This document shows, piece after piece, positions 41,084-54,337 of a stretch of 64,000 nucleotides of DNA (the stretch's first letter is position 1; every line of letters begins with the position of its first letter). The notes under the pieces were generated by a model that saw only the letters and a program-made list of their open reading frames with translations, had not been told where the DNA came from and searched no databases. A program made the translations under genes and the position numbers. Source of the stretch: Rhizophagus irregularis (taxonomy: Eukaryota); contig NC_089429.1 of NCBI RefSeq assembly GCF_026210795.1, positions 7,254,001 through 7,318,000 on the forward strand, written 5' to 3'.

Positions 41084-42746
41084 CAGTGGCTTACAAAAAT
41101 AACTGACCAAACATTTTTTTAACTATTAATTTTATATATTGGACTTAAAATATATTTAATTAACATAAAATTTAAATATAAATTATTTATTACTATATAA
41201 CCTATTAAAATAATAAATTTTATACAAATTGGTTGATTAATTTTCCAAATATAATACATTTTATTAAAAAAGAATGGTTATTTACTTTTGTCACTTTTTA
41301 GTATTTATAATAAATTAAAAATTTTGTAAAATTTAGTAATATGTTTATTATAAATTAAATAATAAAAAATATATTAAATTGTTTAAATTATTAATTAATT
41401 TAAAAAAAACCAATAATTTTAATAGTTTATTAATTTTAAATTTATTTAAATAACAAATTTTATATTGTTATGTATATATTTATAAATTAGTATTAATATT
41501 ATTAATAGAAAATATATTTTAAAAAGATTTTTATAATAAAATTATTAAATTCTTTTTAACTGTTAATAAGAGGATCATTTTTAAAAAAATTTCGTCATGA
41601 TTGGTTAGGTAGATCTGAAATAATTAATTGTGTAACGATCATCATTCTTCATATATCAAATAATGTTTTATTAGCTATCTCTGCATCCAGTGCTCACAAA
41701 AAGATGAAATACAGCTCATTGGAATCGTCTCACTGAGACGAATCCAATGGTGGTAAATTCATATTTTTAGGTACGATAGATGTAGAGTTATGAGCAAAAA
41801 TGTAAAAAATCGTCATTCTTATTTTGGTAGTTATTGTATTACACGAACATTTTAGCGTCTAACTCCATATCTATCGTACCTAGAACTATGAAATTACCAC
41901 CATCAGATTCGTCTCAGTGAGACGATTTCAATGGGCTGTATTTCATTTTCCTACAATCACTAGATGCGGAGTTAAATGTCAAAATGTTCGCGTAATACAG
42001 TAACTACCAAAATAAGAATGACGATTTTTTACATTTTTGCTCATAACTCTACATCTATCGTACCTAAAAATATGAATTTACCACCATTGGATTCGTCTCA
42101 GTGAGACGATTCCAATGAGCTGTATTTCATCTTTTTGTGAGCACTGGATGCAGAGATAGCTAATAAAACATTATTTAATATATGAGAATGATGATCATTA
42201 CACAATTAATTATTTCAGATCTACCTAACCAATCATGACGAAATTTTTTTAAAAAATGATCCTCATTAACAGTTAAAAAAATTTAATAATTTTATTATAA
42301 AAACCTTTTTAAAATATATTTTCTATTAATAATATTAATACTAATTTATAAATATATACATAACACTATAAAATTTGTTATTTAAATAAATTTAAAATTA
42401 ATAAACTATTAAAATTATTGGTTTTTTTAAATTAATTAATAATTTAAACTATTTAATATATTTTTTATTATTTAATTTATAATAAACATATTACTAATTT
42501 TTACAAAATTTTTAATTTATTATAAATACAAAAAGTGACAAAAGTAAATGACCATCCTTTTTTAATAAAATGTATTATATTTGGAAAATTAATCAACTAA
42601 TTTGTATAAAATTTATTATTTTAATAGGTTATATAGTAATAAATAATTTATATTTTAAATTTTATGTTAATTAAATATATTTTAAGTCCAATATATAAAA
42701 TTAATAGTTAAAAAAATGTTTGGTCAGTTACTTATGTAAGCCACTG
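41084..42746. mobile_element. Tc1/mariner-type non-autonomous foldback element (1.66-kb palindrome)
   Basis: TA|CAGTGGCTTACA ... TGTAAGCCACTG|TA. The arms are near-perfect inverted repeats up to the centre at ~41915. Confidence 0.92.
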
Positions 42747-42889
42747 TATGACAAATGATCGGCAAGGTGATAAAAGCATGTCTGCTATGCTATGCCCAAT
42801 ATGTATAATATAGTAAATTTTATGCAAAAATTTGGATGTACTGTATATTACCAAAATAAAAGAAAATACATTTTGTTATATATCTTACC

Positions 42890-43155
42890 ACCCAGTGATC
42901 GTAAAAAGATGAAATACAGCTTGTTGGATTTGTCTTGATAAGACAAATCAAATGGTAGTAGTTTTGTGTTTCTATGTTAAGCTATAGTATACATTGACAC
43001 TTTGTATTTTCGTTCACTGTACATTTTTACATTTTATCATATAACTTGGCATCTATCACACCTAGAAATATGAAACTACCACCATTCGACTCGTCTTATT
43101 GAGACGAATCTAATAAGCTGTATTTTGTCTCTATAATTACTGAATGCCGAGATAT
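42890..43155. repeat. Inverted pair of degenerate palindromic modules
   Basis: TTGGATTTGTCTTGATAAGACAAATCAAATGG (~42924-42955) and CCATTCGACTCGTCTTATTGAGACGAATCTAA (~43082-43113). Confidence 0.7.
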
Positions 43156-44160
43156 GTAATAAACTAATTTTGTAAATGAATTTTAAAAAAAATTCTTAAT
43201 TTCTATTAAAAAAATGTCTTTAAACGAACCCCTAAAAACTTTTTAAACAAAAAACAATTTCTATTAAAAAATATTTCAAGTGTTTTTTAAAACAAATAAA
43301 AAAACTCTTTATTAAAAAATATCTTAAAATATCTTAAACAAAAAATAAAAAAAAACTTTAAAAAATTTTAAACATTTTAAACGTATATAAAAATAATTCT
43401 AATATCTGTTATACAAAATGAAAACCTTACTTATAGTAAAAATCATTATTGTTATACAAATAAAAATCTGACTTTTTGTGTAACTGCTATTTGGTTATAC
43501 AATTTCAAACATAAGAAATTACATAGTAAATTTATACAAAATTGGATTCCAGTATTATATATATTCTTCGGGGTCCTATTACAGATATTGAATTTTTATT
43601 ATAGTACATATCCATGGATAGACGGATATGTGGATCCAAACTCTACTTCAAAGTCTATAACAAAAATTGTATTCTGGAATTGAATAATCAACTTTAGCTA
43701 TTGATATTATTTGGATTTTGGATGTATAATATGAAAATCAATTTCTAATTTCAATAATAGGGTTTGATTATCTATATATTTAAGATACGGAGATACCATT
43801 TATAGGTTAGATCCATTAAGAAATTTATTTAATGGCCAGTGATCTCCACAATGTTTACAATGTTTTAAACAGTACTACAGTAGTACAGTAGAACCCCCTG
43901 GATTGTTACCTTTTTATGTATTTCTAGTCCTAGTACAGTAAAGGTATTAGTATTATAGTTTCTATTTTTAGATTGTTTTACCAAAAAATTATATTGTTAT
44001 TTATTTATTTATATATTGTATTATATATTGTTATTAAATAAAGTTACATTGTTATAACGATATATTTAAATAATATTGTTTACTGGATTGTATATAAAAG
44101 CACACTTGAAATGCACCCTATAATTTTTAGCTGGCTCTTAAAGTTCGATAAAATTGTAAG

Positions 44161-47100
44161 ATGAATTGGTCAGGAACTAATTCTTTTTTATACTTTGTAG
44201 CAATTTTTATTTTATTTATAAATCCATTTGGTATACATTCTTATAAAATCTTATCTCATAACGAGAGCGAACCTGGATATCAAGTACATCAAATATTAAC
44301 CAATCACGATGGTACATCAGTCATCTATTTAACCAAACCTATAAACGAAACCTGCAACGAACCAAGTATCGATTTTCGCATTATAAGACCTGATGGCGCA
44401 GTTGATATTACTAAAGTTCACCATCCGATCCCAGATTTTAATTTTTGTCTTAAGCCAAATAATTTGTCTTTGCATATTAAACTTTTTGGTAATATGCAAG
44501 ATAATGTGATTATCCTTTATGAAAATTCTACCAATATAAATTCGGCAAGTTTTTATGCATTGCTTGTTAATGCTCGCACAGGAAACGTTATTAGGTTTTA
44601 TATATATTTTTTTCCCTTAATTGTTAATATTTTATTTGTACCATAATTAACACTACGTATAATCCATTAATTTAAAGCAATACTTTTCTCTCACTCGTTT
44701 CCACAATCAATGGGACTTTATCCTTCTCCGGAGACATTCTACCACACATTAACGAAGAGTATGGCTTTCTTTTCTGGAGTTTCATAACTGAAACTAAAAT
44801 ACGTTGGATTTACTTTAGTAAACCGTAAGTCCGTGCATTAAATTTTTTGTTTCTATAAATCAATTAATATTAATGATATTTTAATCGTCTTTAGTGATTC
44901 AGATGGTAATTTTAAGCCAATAAATAGTAATCAGTTTGAATTATTAAATCCGTTAGACAGATTTAATATATTTGCCGCCATTGATGGAACCTTTGGATTG
45001 GTTACTAGTAATTATAATACAAACGCTTCAATCCAACTTCAACCAAATGTTGATTTAATTAACCCAACCGAACCTATGTTTGGACTTTATATAACATTCA
45101 TTAAGCCGAGTGAAGATGCTGTTGATGGACCTTTCTTGCTTTATCAAACCGCAATTCCGACGTTACGGATAGTATTTCAATGTAATTCCATTTATACGAC
45201 TATGGGTTATTTTTGCATATTAAATATGAATGAAGTGCAACCTAAAGAAGAATCTAAAAATTATTTAATTAAAATAACATTTCAAAATACTGGGTTCGTA
45301 ATTTCTATATAAAATTATATAAAATTTAATAATTGTCATTATTGATTCGTATTTTTCCTTATTAATATAGCTCAGTTATTGATGTTGAAAAATTTTCGAA
45401 TCTCGAACTATATACTGAATTATATAACAATTTATCGGAAACTACGATATTTGAAAGTTTATATCATGGGGGCTTTTTAGTACTTTATTCCAAAAACTCA
45501 GAAAATAACCATAAAACGGTTCAAGCTATCATTCTTGATAATAATGGATTCTATAACAACACTTTGGACTTTCCAAAAAATTTGGAAGCCTCTAATTATC
45601 TCGCAATGCCGGGTTTTCGAGATAGCAATTTTATTATCGCTCAACAAGAAAACGAATATACTTGGAAGGTTTACTCGGAAGAATATCCAAAATTCGTTTA
45701 TTATGGTAATATTATGCCGAATAGTTTTTAAAATTATTTTTATTCGTTATATTTTAAACTTACTTACATTCTCTTTGTATCTTTAGATAATGATTATGAT
45801 AGTCCATATATTCAATCTACCTTTCCGTTAATTAATTCTATTATATCACTTTCAACAACTAATATTAATATCTCTTATAAATTACCAATTACGTTATCCA
45901 CAAATAATATTTCTATTTATCAACATAATAATGAAAATCCTATATTAAGACAATCAGTTCCAGGTAGTTCACTATCTCTTTCCCATAGTGCTGATAATCA
46001 AACTTTAATTTTAAATGTTTTGGAAAGTACATTTAATCAACCAAATGCAAAGTATTATATTGTTATTGATGATAATTTTGTTCAAGATTGGGAAACAAAT
46101 CAACCTTTATTAGGTTTAGAAAGTAATATTTGGACATTTAATACTAGTAAGTAAATAATATCTGTGGTAAATAAAAAAACTAAAATTTTTTTAACATTTT
46201 TACACAAACTTCTTTTCTTTATAGCTGATGACCGAGATATCTTCGCAGGTAATTAAATATTAATCGATTAATATTTTTTAAACAAATTATTAGTTGATAA
46301 TATAATATTGATAATTAATTTAAATATAGAGGATGCGATTGGTCGATTTTCTTTAACTACAGAAGGAACAGAATATTATGAAGGCCTTTCGACTTACGAT
46401 CAAAAAAGATTTTTATCACAATTAAGGGTTGATTTAGCAAAATCAATACCCATTGATATTAATAGATTGGACAATATTAAATTTTATAAGTTTGATCAAA
46501 GTCAACGACCTCCAAAAATTCTTTTATCATTACTTATTAAATCGACAAGAAATTCAAATGAACGGAACGTTGATCGAATCATAAAAGATTTGAATATCTT
46601 GATCAAGGAAAAAGACATTACTCCAATTTCATGGTTTAATACAACAATGTTTTTAGATGCCAATTTTGGATTCCAGAAAAATAGTAAGTTTTACCGCTAA
46701 TCCTCGTGCGTAGAAAAATATACATATGTATATATAATATTTACATATTTATTAATTGTATAGGGAATCTCTTTGATGAATATAAATTTTATTTAGTTGG
46801 TATTGCTATAGGAATAATAATATTAGGATTATCATATTTTTATGCTAAGAGAAGACATCCTAAAGTAAAGTATTCAAAGCTTATCTTATAACGTTTTCGA
46901 TGATTTGTGATTTCCATTCATTAATTTATTTGATTTGTAGGGTAAAAATATTATGGTTTTTAAAATTTCTTTAATTATTATGGATTTTATATTGGATATA
47001 TTGTTTGTTCTAAATAATGGGAGAAATGTACCACAGTTATTTATTCCCAGGTATAATCAATTAATCAATTATTATTAATTGTAACATATCTATTTATTAA

Positions 47101-47741
47101 GACTAAATTTTTTTTTTTGTATTTCAGTATTATTTTTTGTTCAATACCAATAGCGGCTAATTCCATAATGAGCATGATTATAATACTTAAAGAGATCACA
47201 CGAAATGAATCTTTCTACAATTGGTTTAAATTAAATACGAATATAGCAGCACTATTTACTATATTAGCGAGTGCTGATCTTGAAGTATTAGACACGCTTT
47301 CCTCACAAGTCGGTGGTATTAAGTTATTTAATGCTCCTATGTCAGAAAAGACTCAATTGTATATTTTTTGGGGGAGTCTTGTTGGGCTTTTTATAGAAGA
47401 TATTCCTCAATTTATTATTCAGGTATGTAATTAATATTTTTTTGCTTTAAAAGACTAATAAAAAGCTTTACTGACCTTTTTAACACTTTTAGATTTTCTA
47501 CGTGAAATTTACAGTTACATATGATTTCATCCCTTTTCTTACACTTCTAACAAGTTCAATTGTTTTGACAATTAATATAATATCTAGGTTATATCATATA
47601 ATAATAGTACATTTACATACAAAAAAAAGAATATCCGTTATGATATTGCCAATTGATCAAAAAATGACATTTGATTCAGATATTGAGAACGGTTTAACCG
47701 TTCCGCAAGCAGCCAAAGTGTATTATAGACATTCTATGTAA
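44161..47741 (+). CDS. Multi-exon membrane protein: signal peptide, large ectodomain with Ig-like (Big_5/SbsA-like) and SEA-like regions, ~6 TM helices
   Basis: Hydrophobic N-terminus and GT-AG introns (e.g. 44595-44677, 44825-44894, and one starting 45294). SPYIQSTFP..LESTFNQPNAKYYIVIDDNFV..WTFNT; TM region with DFILD and EDIPQFIIQ. Paralog of 55476-58973. Domain names are inferred by eye. Confidence 0.85.
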
Positions 47742-48865
47742 ATAATGTGAAAAGTAAAATTGGTTTGTTTTTTTCTTACTAAACCTTTTGATTAATAATA
47801 ATAAATGTAATTGTAATATAATATTATCTTCTTAAAAGAAAATAAATTTCTACATCATGACAAGTTATATAAAGAATCTGAGAGTAAATAGTAATAATTT
47901 AAAATAATTTTAATTAGATCAATAATATATCCAACATCGAAGTAGTTCATAATCTAAATAATCTAAATATAATTTCATCTAGGGAATTTGATTCCCAAAT
48001 CTCTTGATAGATTGATTGATTGGTTTCAGTGGTCCATGATCGATCAAAAATTGATTAGTCGTATTTAATCGATTAATTGATCAAAATACGTATTAATGTT
48101 ATGACCTCTTAGCGGCTCTTACCTAGTTGTTTCCTGCGTAAGCTTGTCCAAATACGAAATTATCATGACGGAAGAGAGTCCCATATGGAGATTGGTATAC
48201 ATTTACCATTTACCATCTGTACTTCTAGATGGTGCTGATAAATATTATATAAGTAAAGAAGTCAAATCAAAAAAACCTTTGAAGGGCTTTTTAATGCTAA
48301 AGTATTGATATTAATAAATGTAGTTAAGAGTCGGATCTTTTGTCTTTTGTGTCTTCTTCAGGTTGTAAGCGCAAAAAAAGGAAGGAATTTCGAGTTTTGG
48401 AGTATATATCATCAACTGTTCTCAATAATTATATTTTAGACTTATAATATTTGGATGTTACCCACAAACGAATTGCAAGATTAAGGCCTTGCATGAAATT
48501 CATCATTTCATATTGATGCTTTTGTAATCTGTTGGGCGTGATCTATTATATCATCCGAAAATATAATCTGTTTTTATATTACTATTTAATATATCCCGAT
48601 CATTTGTAGTAACTTTCTTTAACTGTTAAGAACTTATTCTCATTTCTTTGATCCATATTTCGTTACCATTCCTCTTTGGTACGGGCTATCGGCTACTGCT
48701 CATTTGATAGATGAACAAAATCATGTCTTACTTTCTTATATCAGTTCCCGATATCTTCAGTTAGAAGAAATTAATTTCCTAGATTCTTTGTTCGTATCAT
48801 TTTCCTTTGATTTACGATTATTGGAAATTTGTTTTTTTTTGTTATTTTTTTTTATACGTATATAC

Positions 48866-49666
48866 AGCATAGCGAACATCCCTTATATTGTCACATTATT
48901 GCCGATCATTTGCCGATCATTTATTAATCATCTTTTCAATATTGTCACATAAAAAAATACTATCTGGTTAATATATAAAGCTGAAATGATGTTTGATTTG
49001 ACAATTTTGAGGGTAAAATTGATCAATATTAACAGAAATTATATCAATAAATGTAAATTTTTATAATTAATAAATAAAATGAAAATTCAAATTTTATAAT
49101 CTTGAGATCCAGTGAACATATTCTAATGAATTATATACTATTAGATTGGTCTCAGTGAGAGGATTCGAATGGTAGTAAAATCATTGCCATCAGATCCATA
49201 TTGGCGAAGTTATTGCATTTTAAAATTTTGTACTAAATTAAATAGTAATATTATTAGTATTAATAATTGCGAATATTAATTTGGCCATAACTTTTGTGTT
49301 ACCTAAAATTATGTTGTGTTACTTCGGCCATTAATTTTAAAGACATTAATCTATAACTCATAAAAATTTCAAGTTTCACCCGAACTTCTGTGGCTTCGCC
49401 CAAAGCTTCAAAGTCTGATTAGGAGATGATCAGCATATATTAATTAATTGAAAAATTTGGCCTAAAACTAACTTTGGCATTACATTTTATTTTGGCACAA
49501 AATTTTTATATTAAACTGTTAATACTTTAAACTATTAAATAAAATAATTTAATGTGATTTTTTTACATATTTATGGTTTGAAATAATGCTTCAAAGTTAA
49601 TGTGATGTCACATATATTATGATCGGCAAATGATCAGCATGTGATAATAAGCATGTTCGCTATGCT
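48866..49666. mobile_element. Non-autonomous derivative of the Academ-like family
   Basis: Ends AGCATAGCGAACAT / ATGTTCGCTATGCT, perfect 9-bp TSD CGTATATAC (48857-48865, 49667-49675). Confidence 0.92.
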
Positions 49667-50137
49667 CGTATATACTAGGTAGATTTTCATATATTACCAG
49701 AAAATTACTTATTGCTGTTTTTGATCTTTGATCAATTATTAAAAATAAAAATACCAAGTAATAATATATATAATTTGTCTCATACAATAATTACAAAATA
49801 AATTTATTAGGAAGAATAATAAATTCTACAAAATTTTTTCATTAGAATATAAAAATATTCTTTCAAAATAATGAATTTTCTCACCTAATAAATCTTTAAG
49901 ATTCTTTTATATAACTATTCATCTTCAATTATTAGATTATATTTCAACTTTTATTGCTGCATAGATTGTTTGCGAATTGTATAAAAAAGGAAAAAAATTA
50001 AAATGAAATAGCTAACGAATCACCAGCTTAATTGCGCCATCTTCCTACCTTCTTGACTTACGAAAGAAGCAATCCTTTATAAGATCATCATCAATGACTA
50101 CATTGTCATAAAAGGCTTGCTAAAGTTAGTTGTATAC

Positions 50138-50738
50138 AACAGGGCAAACATCCCAATATTATCACATAAAAAAATACTGTTGAATTAGTTTTTTCACAAA
50201 TTCTACATAATAATGTATAAAATTTCAATTTTATTTACTTTATTTATTTATTGTTAATAAATTAGTTCTTAAAATAATTCATAAAGATTTTGTTAAATAT
50301 TAAACATATATTAATTTTACAATAATTGTAAACATTTATTTAATGATAACTTTTGGGTTATCAAAAATTGTCCAGGTTTATTTTAGCCATTGATTCTTGA
50401 ATATCTAAATAATATACTGTAAAAGTTTCAAGTTTCACCCAAAGATCTGTGGCTTCGCCCGAAGCTTTAAAGTCAAATTAGCAGATAATCGGCATATATA
50501 TAGCATATATATTAATTATTGAAAATTTGATGTAAAATCTAACTTTGGAAACACACCTTATTTTTCCACAATACTTTTATATTAAATTATTGATAAATGT
50601 AACTATTAAATAAAATAATTTAACATAAATTGTCAGAACATTTATTGCTTAGAATAAAGCTTTAAATTTAACGTAATATCACTTATATCATGATCGGTAA
50701 GTGATCAACATTGTGATATAATGCATGTCCGTCCTGTT
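50138..50738. mobile_element. Non-autonomous element of a related subfamily with variant termini
   Basis: Ends AACAGGGCAAACAT / ATGTCCGTCCTGTT, 9-bp TSD GTTGTATAC / ATTGTATAC, internal similarity to 48866-49666. Confidence 0.85.
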
Positions 50739-52819
50739 ATTGTATACTACTGACAATTCCAGTAAGTTGTCTTTGAATTCATCGAATTGTTCTTTAATTG
50801 TCGTGTATTGATCCATAATACTTCTTGCGTTCATTTTATGACATCCCATTACATCAGTGTTTGGAAATAACCTGTTCATTTATCATTCTTCCAAATTCAT
50901 TTTGTCACATCAATCATTTGATTTTGATTGTCTAATGATATCATCATATCAACCATAAACGTAATATGTAGGTGTAATCCATTCTCAAGAATTCATTATC
51001 AACTATATATTCGTAAGGCATTGCAAACAGCAGCTTTTAAAGAATGCCATAGATGCCAAGTTTACCTTTTTGTTTAAAGTTTCTGTTTCATTATAATTAT
51101 CGCATCAGAAAATTTCAGAGTTTAGATTTAAAGCCTAAGATCTACTAGCAAATGAAATCAGACTTCTTCCTAACAAGTTCCAATAAACTCCAAAGCTGAT
51201 CCTCATTTATATTATGAATATCAAGTTATTAGGTCATTTTTGTATGACTATAATGCACTGAAGTTTTGTAAAGTAACATGACGTTTGATGATCCTGATGA
51301 ATCAATTTATCCATTTTTTTTCAGCGTAATCCCGTTTGGTAAACTGTGCAGTAAATGTTTGTTCTTGACTCACCACGCGATGCTAACTACTAATTTTGCA
51401 ACTGTGCAATAATAATAAATTGGAAGAAATTTTACACATTTGTTTAAATTATTAAATCAGATTGTTTTGATTATTGGCATCTTTGATTATAAATGCAAAT
51501 TTAATAGGAAAAAACTTGAAATAATGATAATGCTTAAACGTTATAAACAAATTGAAATATATTTATAAATCAAATGCAATTAATCACATGCTTCCAAATA
51601 CTTTATAATAAAAAACTCTATTTCTTAATGAATTTATTTGATATTTCACAAGATAAAAGTATATTATTTATATTAGAAATGAATAAAGATCAAAAAAGAT
51701 GAAATGATTGGAAAACAGGTATAGTTTTCTCAAAGAAAAAATTATATGTTACAAATGGATTCTATATTAGGGTAAACTAAAAGAATTTGTTTGGCTAAAG
51801 GTTAAATATTATTTTTATATAATTATTTAAATAAATACATATGTATAAATGTAATTATACTTGCTATTCATATTAATGGAATTGAAAAAATCTTACATCC
51901 CATTCTATTACATATTCCATCCCATTTTCTATAATCCCATTCCAATCTCATTTCCTATATCCATATCCTATCTTTCATCTTTCATATCCCATCCTATATC
52001 CCATTTATTAATTTGATTTTTTTATTGTTGAAAAATTATTTTTATATATTTTATTACAATAATTTTTTGTTATACTAAATTTTATTTCAATAATTTTATA
52101 AAATAATAAATAAATAAAAACATAAAAAACTTATTAATTAACATTAAAATTTAAATTTCTATAATCCATTATTCTTATTTTATTTTGTTCACCATATTTA
52201 TTATATAGAAGACTTATTGATAAATCAATAATATTTTCAACTTCTAATTCATTATTATTCACTTTTTCTAATTCTATAGTTTATTCTATCTTATTAATAT
52301 CTTCAAAATTGACTTCAATATTATTATTGTTAAATAAATCAATTTTATTATTGATTGATAATGCAACTTAATTTAATATTTCATCAAGTTTTTCTAAAGT
52401 TATTTTATTACTTATAAATTTCAGTTATAATTTTACATTTACTACAAGATATAACTATATTTATACTATTATTTGAAGTTATTAATATTAATTCTGTTAT
52501 AAAAAAATAAAATATTAAATAAAAAATAATTAAAATTAATATTTGCATATTTTTAAATTTATTAGATCTAATCAGTTTTAAAAGTGCAGTTATTAAACCA
52601 GTCTAATTATGATGAAGTTATAAATTTGATTTCACCAATTATGAAAATTAAAAGATTAAAATAGTTAAATTGTTATTATGGTAAATTAATATGTATAGCA
52701 GTATAGTCACATATTTCAATAAAAAGTTTTAATGTTCTTTTAATATTTCTTACAAAGCCTTTAAAAGATTTATTATTCTGTTTAAATGACTATTACTTGC
52801 ATATTATTTAAGGAAATCT

Positions 52820-53056
52820 AAAATTACTTGTTTAAATCTCACCAAAATTCTATAATTAGTTTTTCTAAAATTTTACTATAATTTTATTATAGTTTTGGCA
52901 AGATTTTAGCAGTTTTAGCATTCATAATAAATTTTATCAGGTTTTACTTTTCTCCAAAAATTTAACAATTTTTTAATATAATTTTAATAAAGTTTCACTA
53001 TTTTAGCATTTTATCAATTTGCTGAAATCTTTTAGTTTCTTCAGTAATAATCTTAA
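52820..53056 (-). mobile_element. Highly decayed copy of the 25204-25447 MITE
   Basis: TTACTTGTTTAAATCTCACCAAAATTCTATAATTAGTTTTTCTAAAATTTTACTATA matches the reverse complement of ~25385-25442 with GC-to-AT changes. Confidence 0.6.
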
Positions 53057-53369
53057 TAAGATTATTATTTCATAATACTAGTATTATAATATAAAAAGAG
53101 ATTAAATTATTTATTAATAAATAATAGATGTTAGTAATAATATGGTCATATGGAATTTCTAAATAGAGTGATGAATAGTTATTTAATCTTTAGTTTAATT
53201 AAAAGCGCTTGTATTTATATACATTTTAAATAAAAAAAATAAAAATAAATTTACTTTTTAAACTTAAAAAAAAAAGGTATTTATATCATTTTTGATTATT
53301 CAATAGTATTATATACCTTTTTTATATATTTTACTGTATACTGCAGTTTTTATAAGTTTGTTTAATCAA

Positions 53370-54100
53370 ATAATAATATTATGTAAGTTTACAGTCTTAT
53401 AAATTTTCAAAATATTTTAACTATAATATTATAGATTTACAGTCTTGTAAAATTTTAAAATATTTCAACTATAATATTACACAAATTTACAGATTATAAA
53501 TTTTTGAAATTTTAATCATAATATTATGCAGGTTTATAGTAGGACCCGAATATTACTAAAAAAACTCAGATCTGAATTTGTATAAACCTTATAATTAATT
53601 TCTGTTCCAAATGTATAAAGTTATATGTAGATTTTAGACTCAAATTTTGCTATCTCGGGATCCAGTGATAGGATTTTAATGATCTTTAGCTTGTTAGATT
53701 CGTCTCAACGAGACGAACATTTTGATATATAATTCATCTTTTTAGGTGTAATATTGACCGAGATATTGCATTTTGAAATTTTAGTTATACGGGATCTGAG
53801 TTGTTTTAGTAATATTCGGGGTCCTTTTATCGTCTTGTAATTTTTGAAATATTTTAACTATAATATTACGCAGGTTTATAAAACTGTAAATTTTTGAAAT
53901 ATTTTAACTGTAATATTATGCAGGTTTATATGACCGTCAATTTGTAAAATATTTTTACATAAATTTTATGTTATTGAAAACTTGTGTAATATTTTAATCA
54001 TAATATTATATAAATTTTATGAAATTGTAAACTTATATAATATTTTAAAATTTTTTGAAATATTATATCATAAACTCTCATAAATTTACAAAATTATAAA
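53370..54100. repeat. Degenerate ~45-50-bp tandem repeat
   Basis: Recurring AAATTTTTGAAATATTTTAACTATAATATTA(T/C)GCAGGTTTATA-like units. Confidence 0.7.
53541..53825. mobile_element. MITE carrying one palindromic module, inserted in the tandem repeat
   Basis: ~32-bp TIRs AGGACCC(C)GAATATTACTAAAA.AACTCAGATC and an internal TTCGTCTCAACGAGACGAA. Confidence 0.75.
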
Positions 54101-54337
54101 ACTTTGCTGATCTTTCTAATCTGATTTTTTCCAATAATACATAATTACACATGATGCGTAATAGCATATATATTAGTTATTTGATAGAGAAGCAGTTTAA
54201 ATGATATTTTAATACCCTATCAAATAACTGTATTATTCTGCAACCTGCAATGATCATTTTATAAATATAATAAACTATTGATTAAACAATAAATTTAGTA
54301 ATTAAGCATTTATAAATTCTTATATATATTTTAAAAT

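Larger units (their letters stand above)
35578..42791. mobile_element. Body and right end of a non-autonomous AGCATAGCG-family element hosting nested insertions
   Basis: 35578 continues the family left-end sequence (ATAATTTTAATGATCATTTATCGATCATTT). 36790-36960 resembles 49360-49500 and 50400-50580. Right end GCATGTCTGCTATGCT at 42791 is followed by ATGCCCAAT. Confidence 0.7.

Noticed and set aside
42808..43554. ~35-bp imperfect direct repeats bracketing a module pair, possibly element ends
   Set aside because: Similarity is weak in AT-rich DNA and no TSD or second copy is available to define an element.
48000..51400. Minus-strand coding-like remnants around the two non-autonomous elements
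   Set aside because: Too degraded to assign a product by eye.
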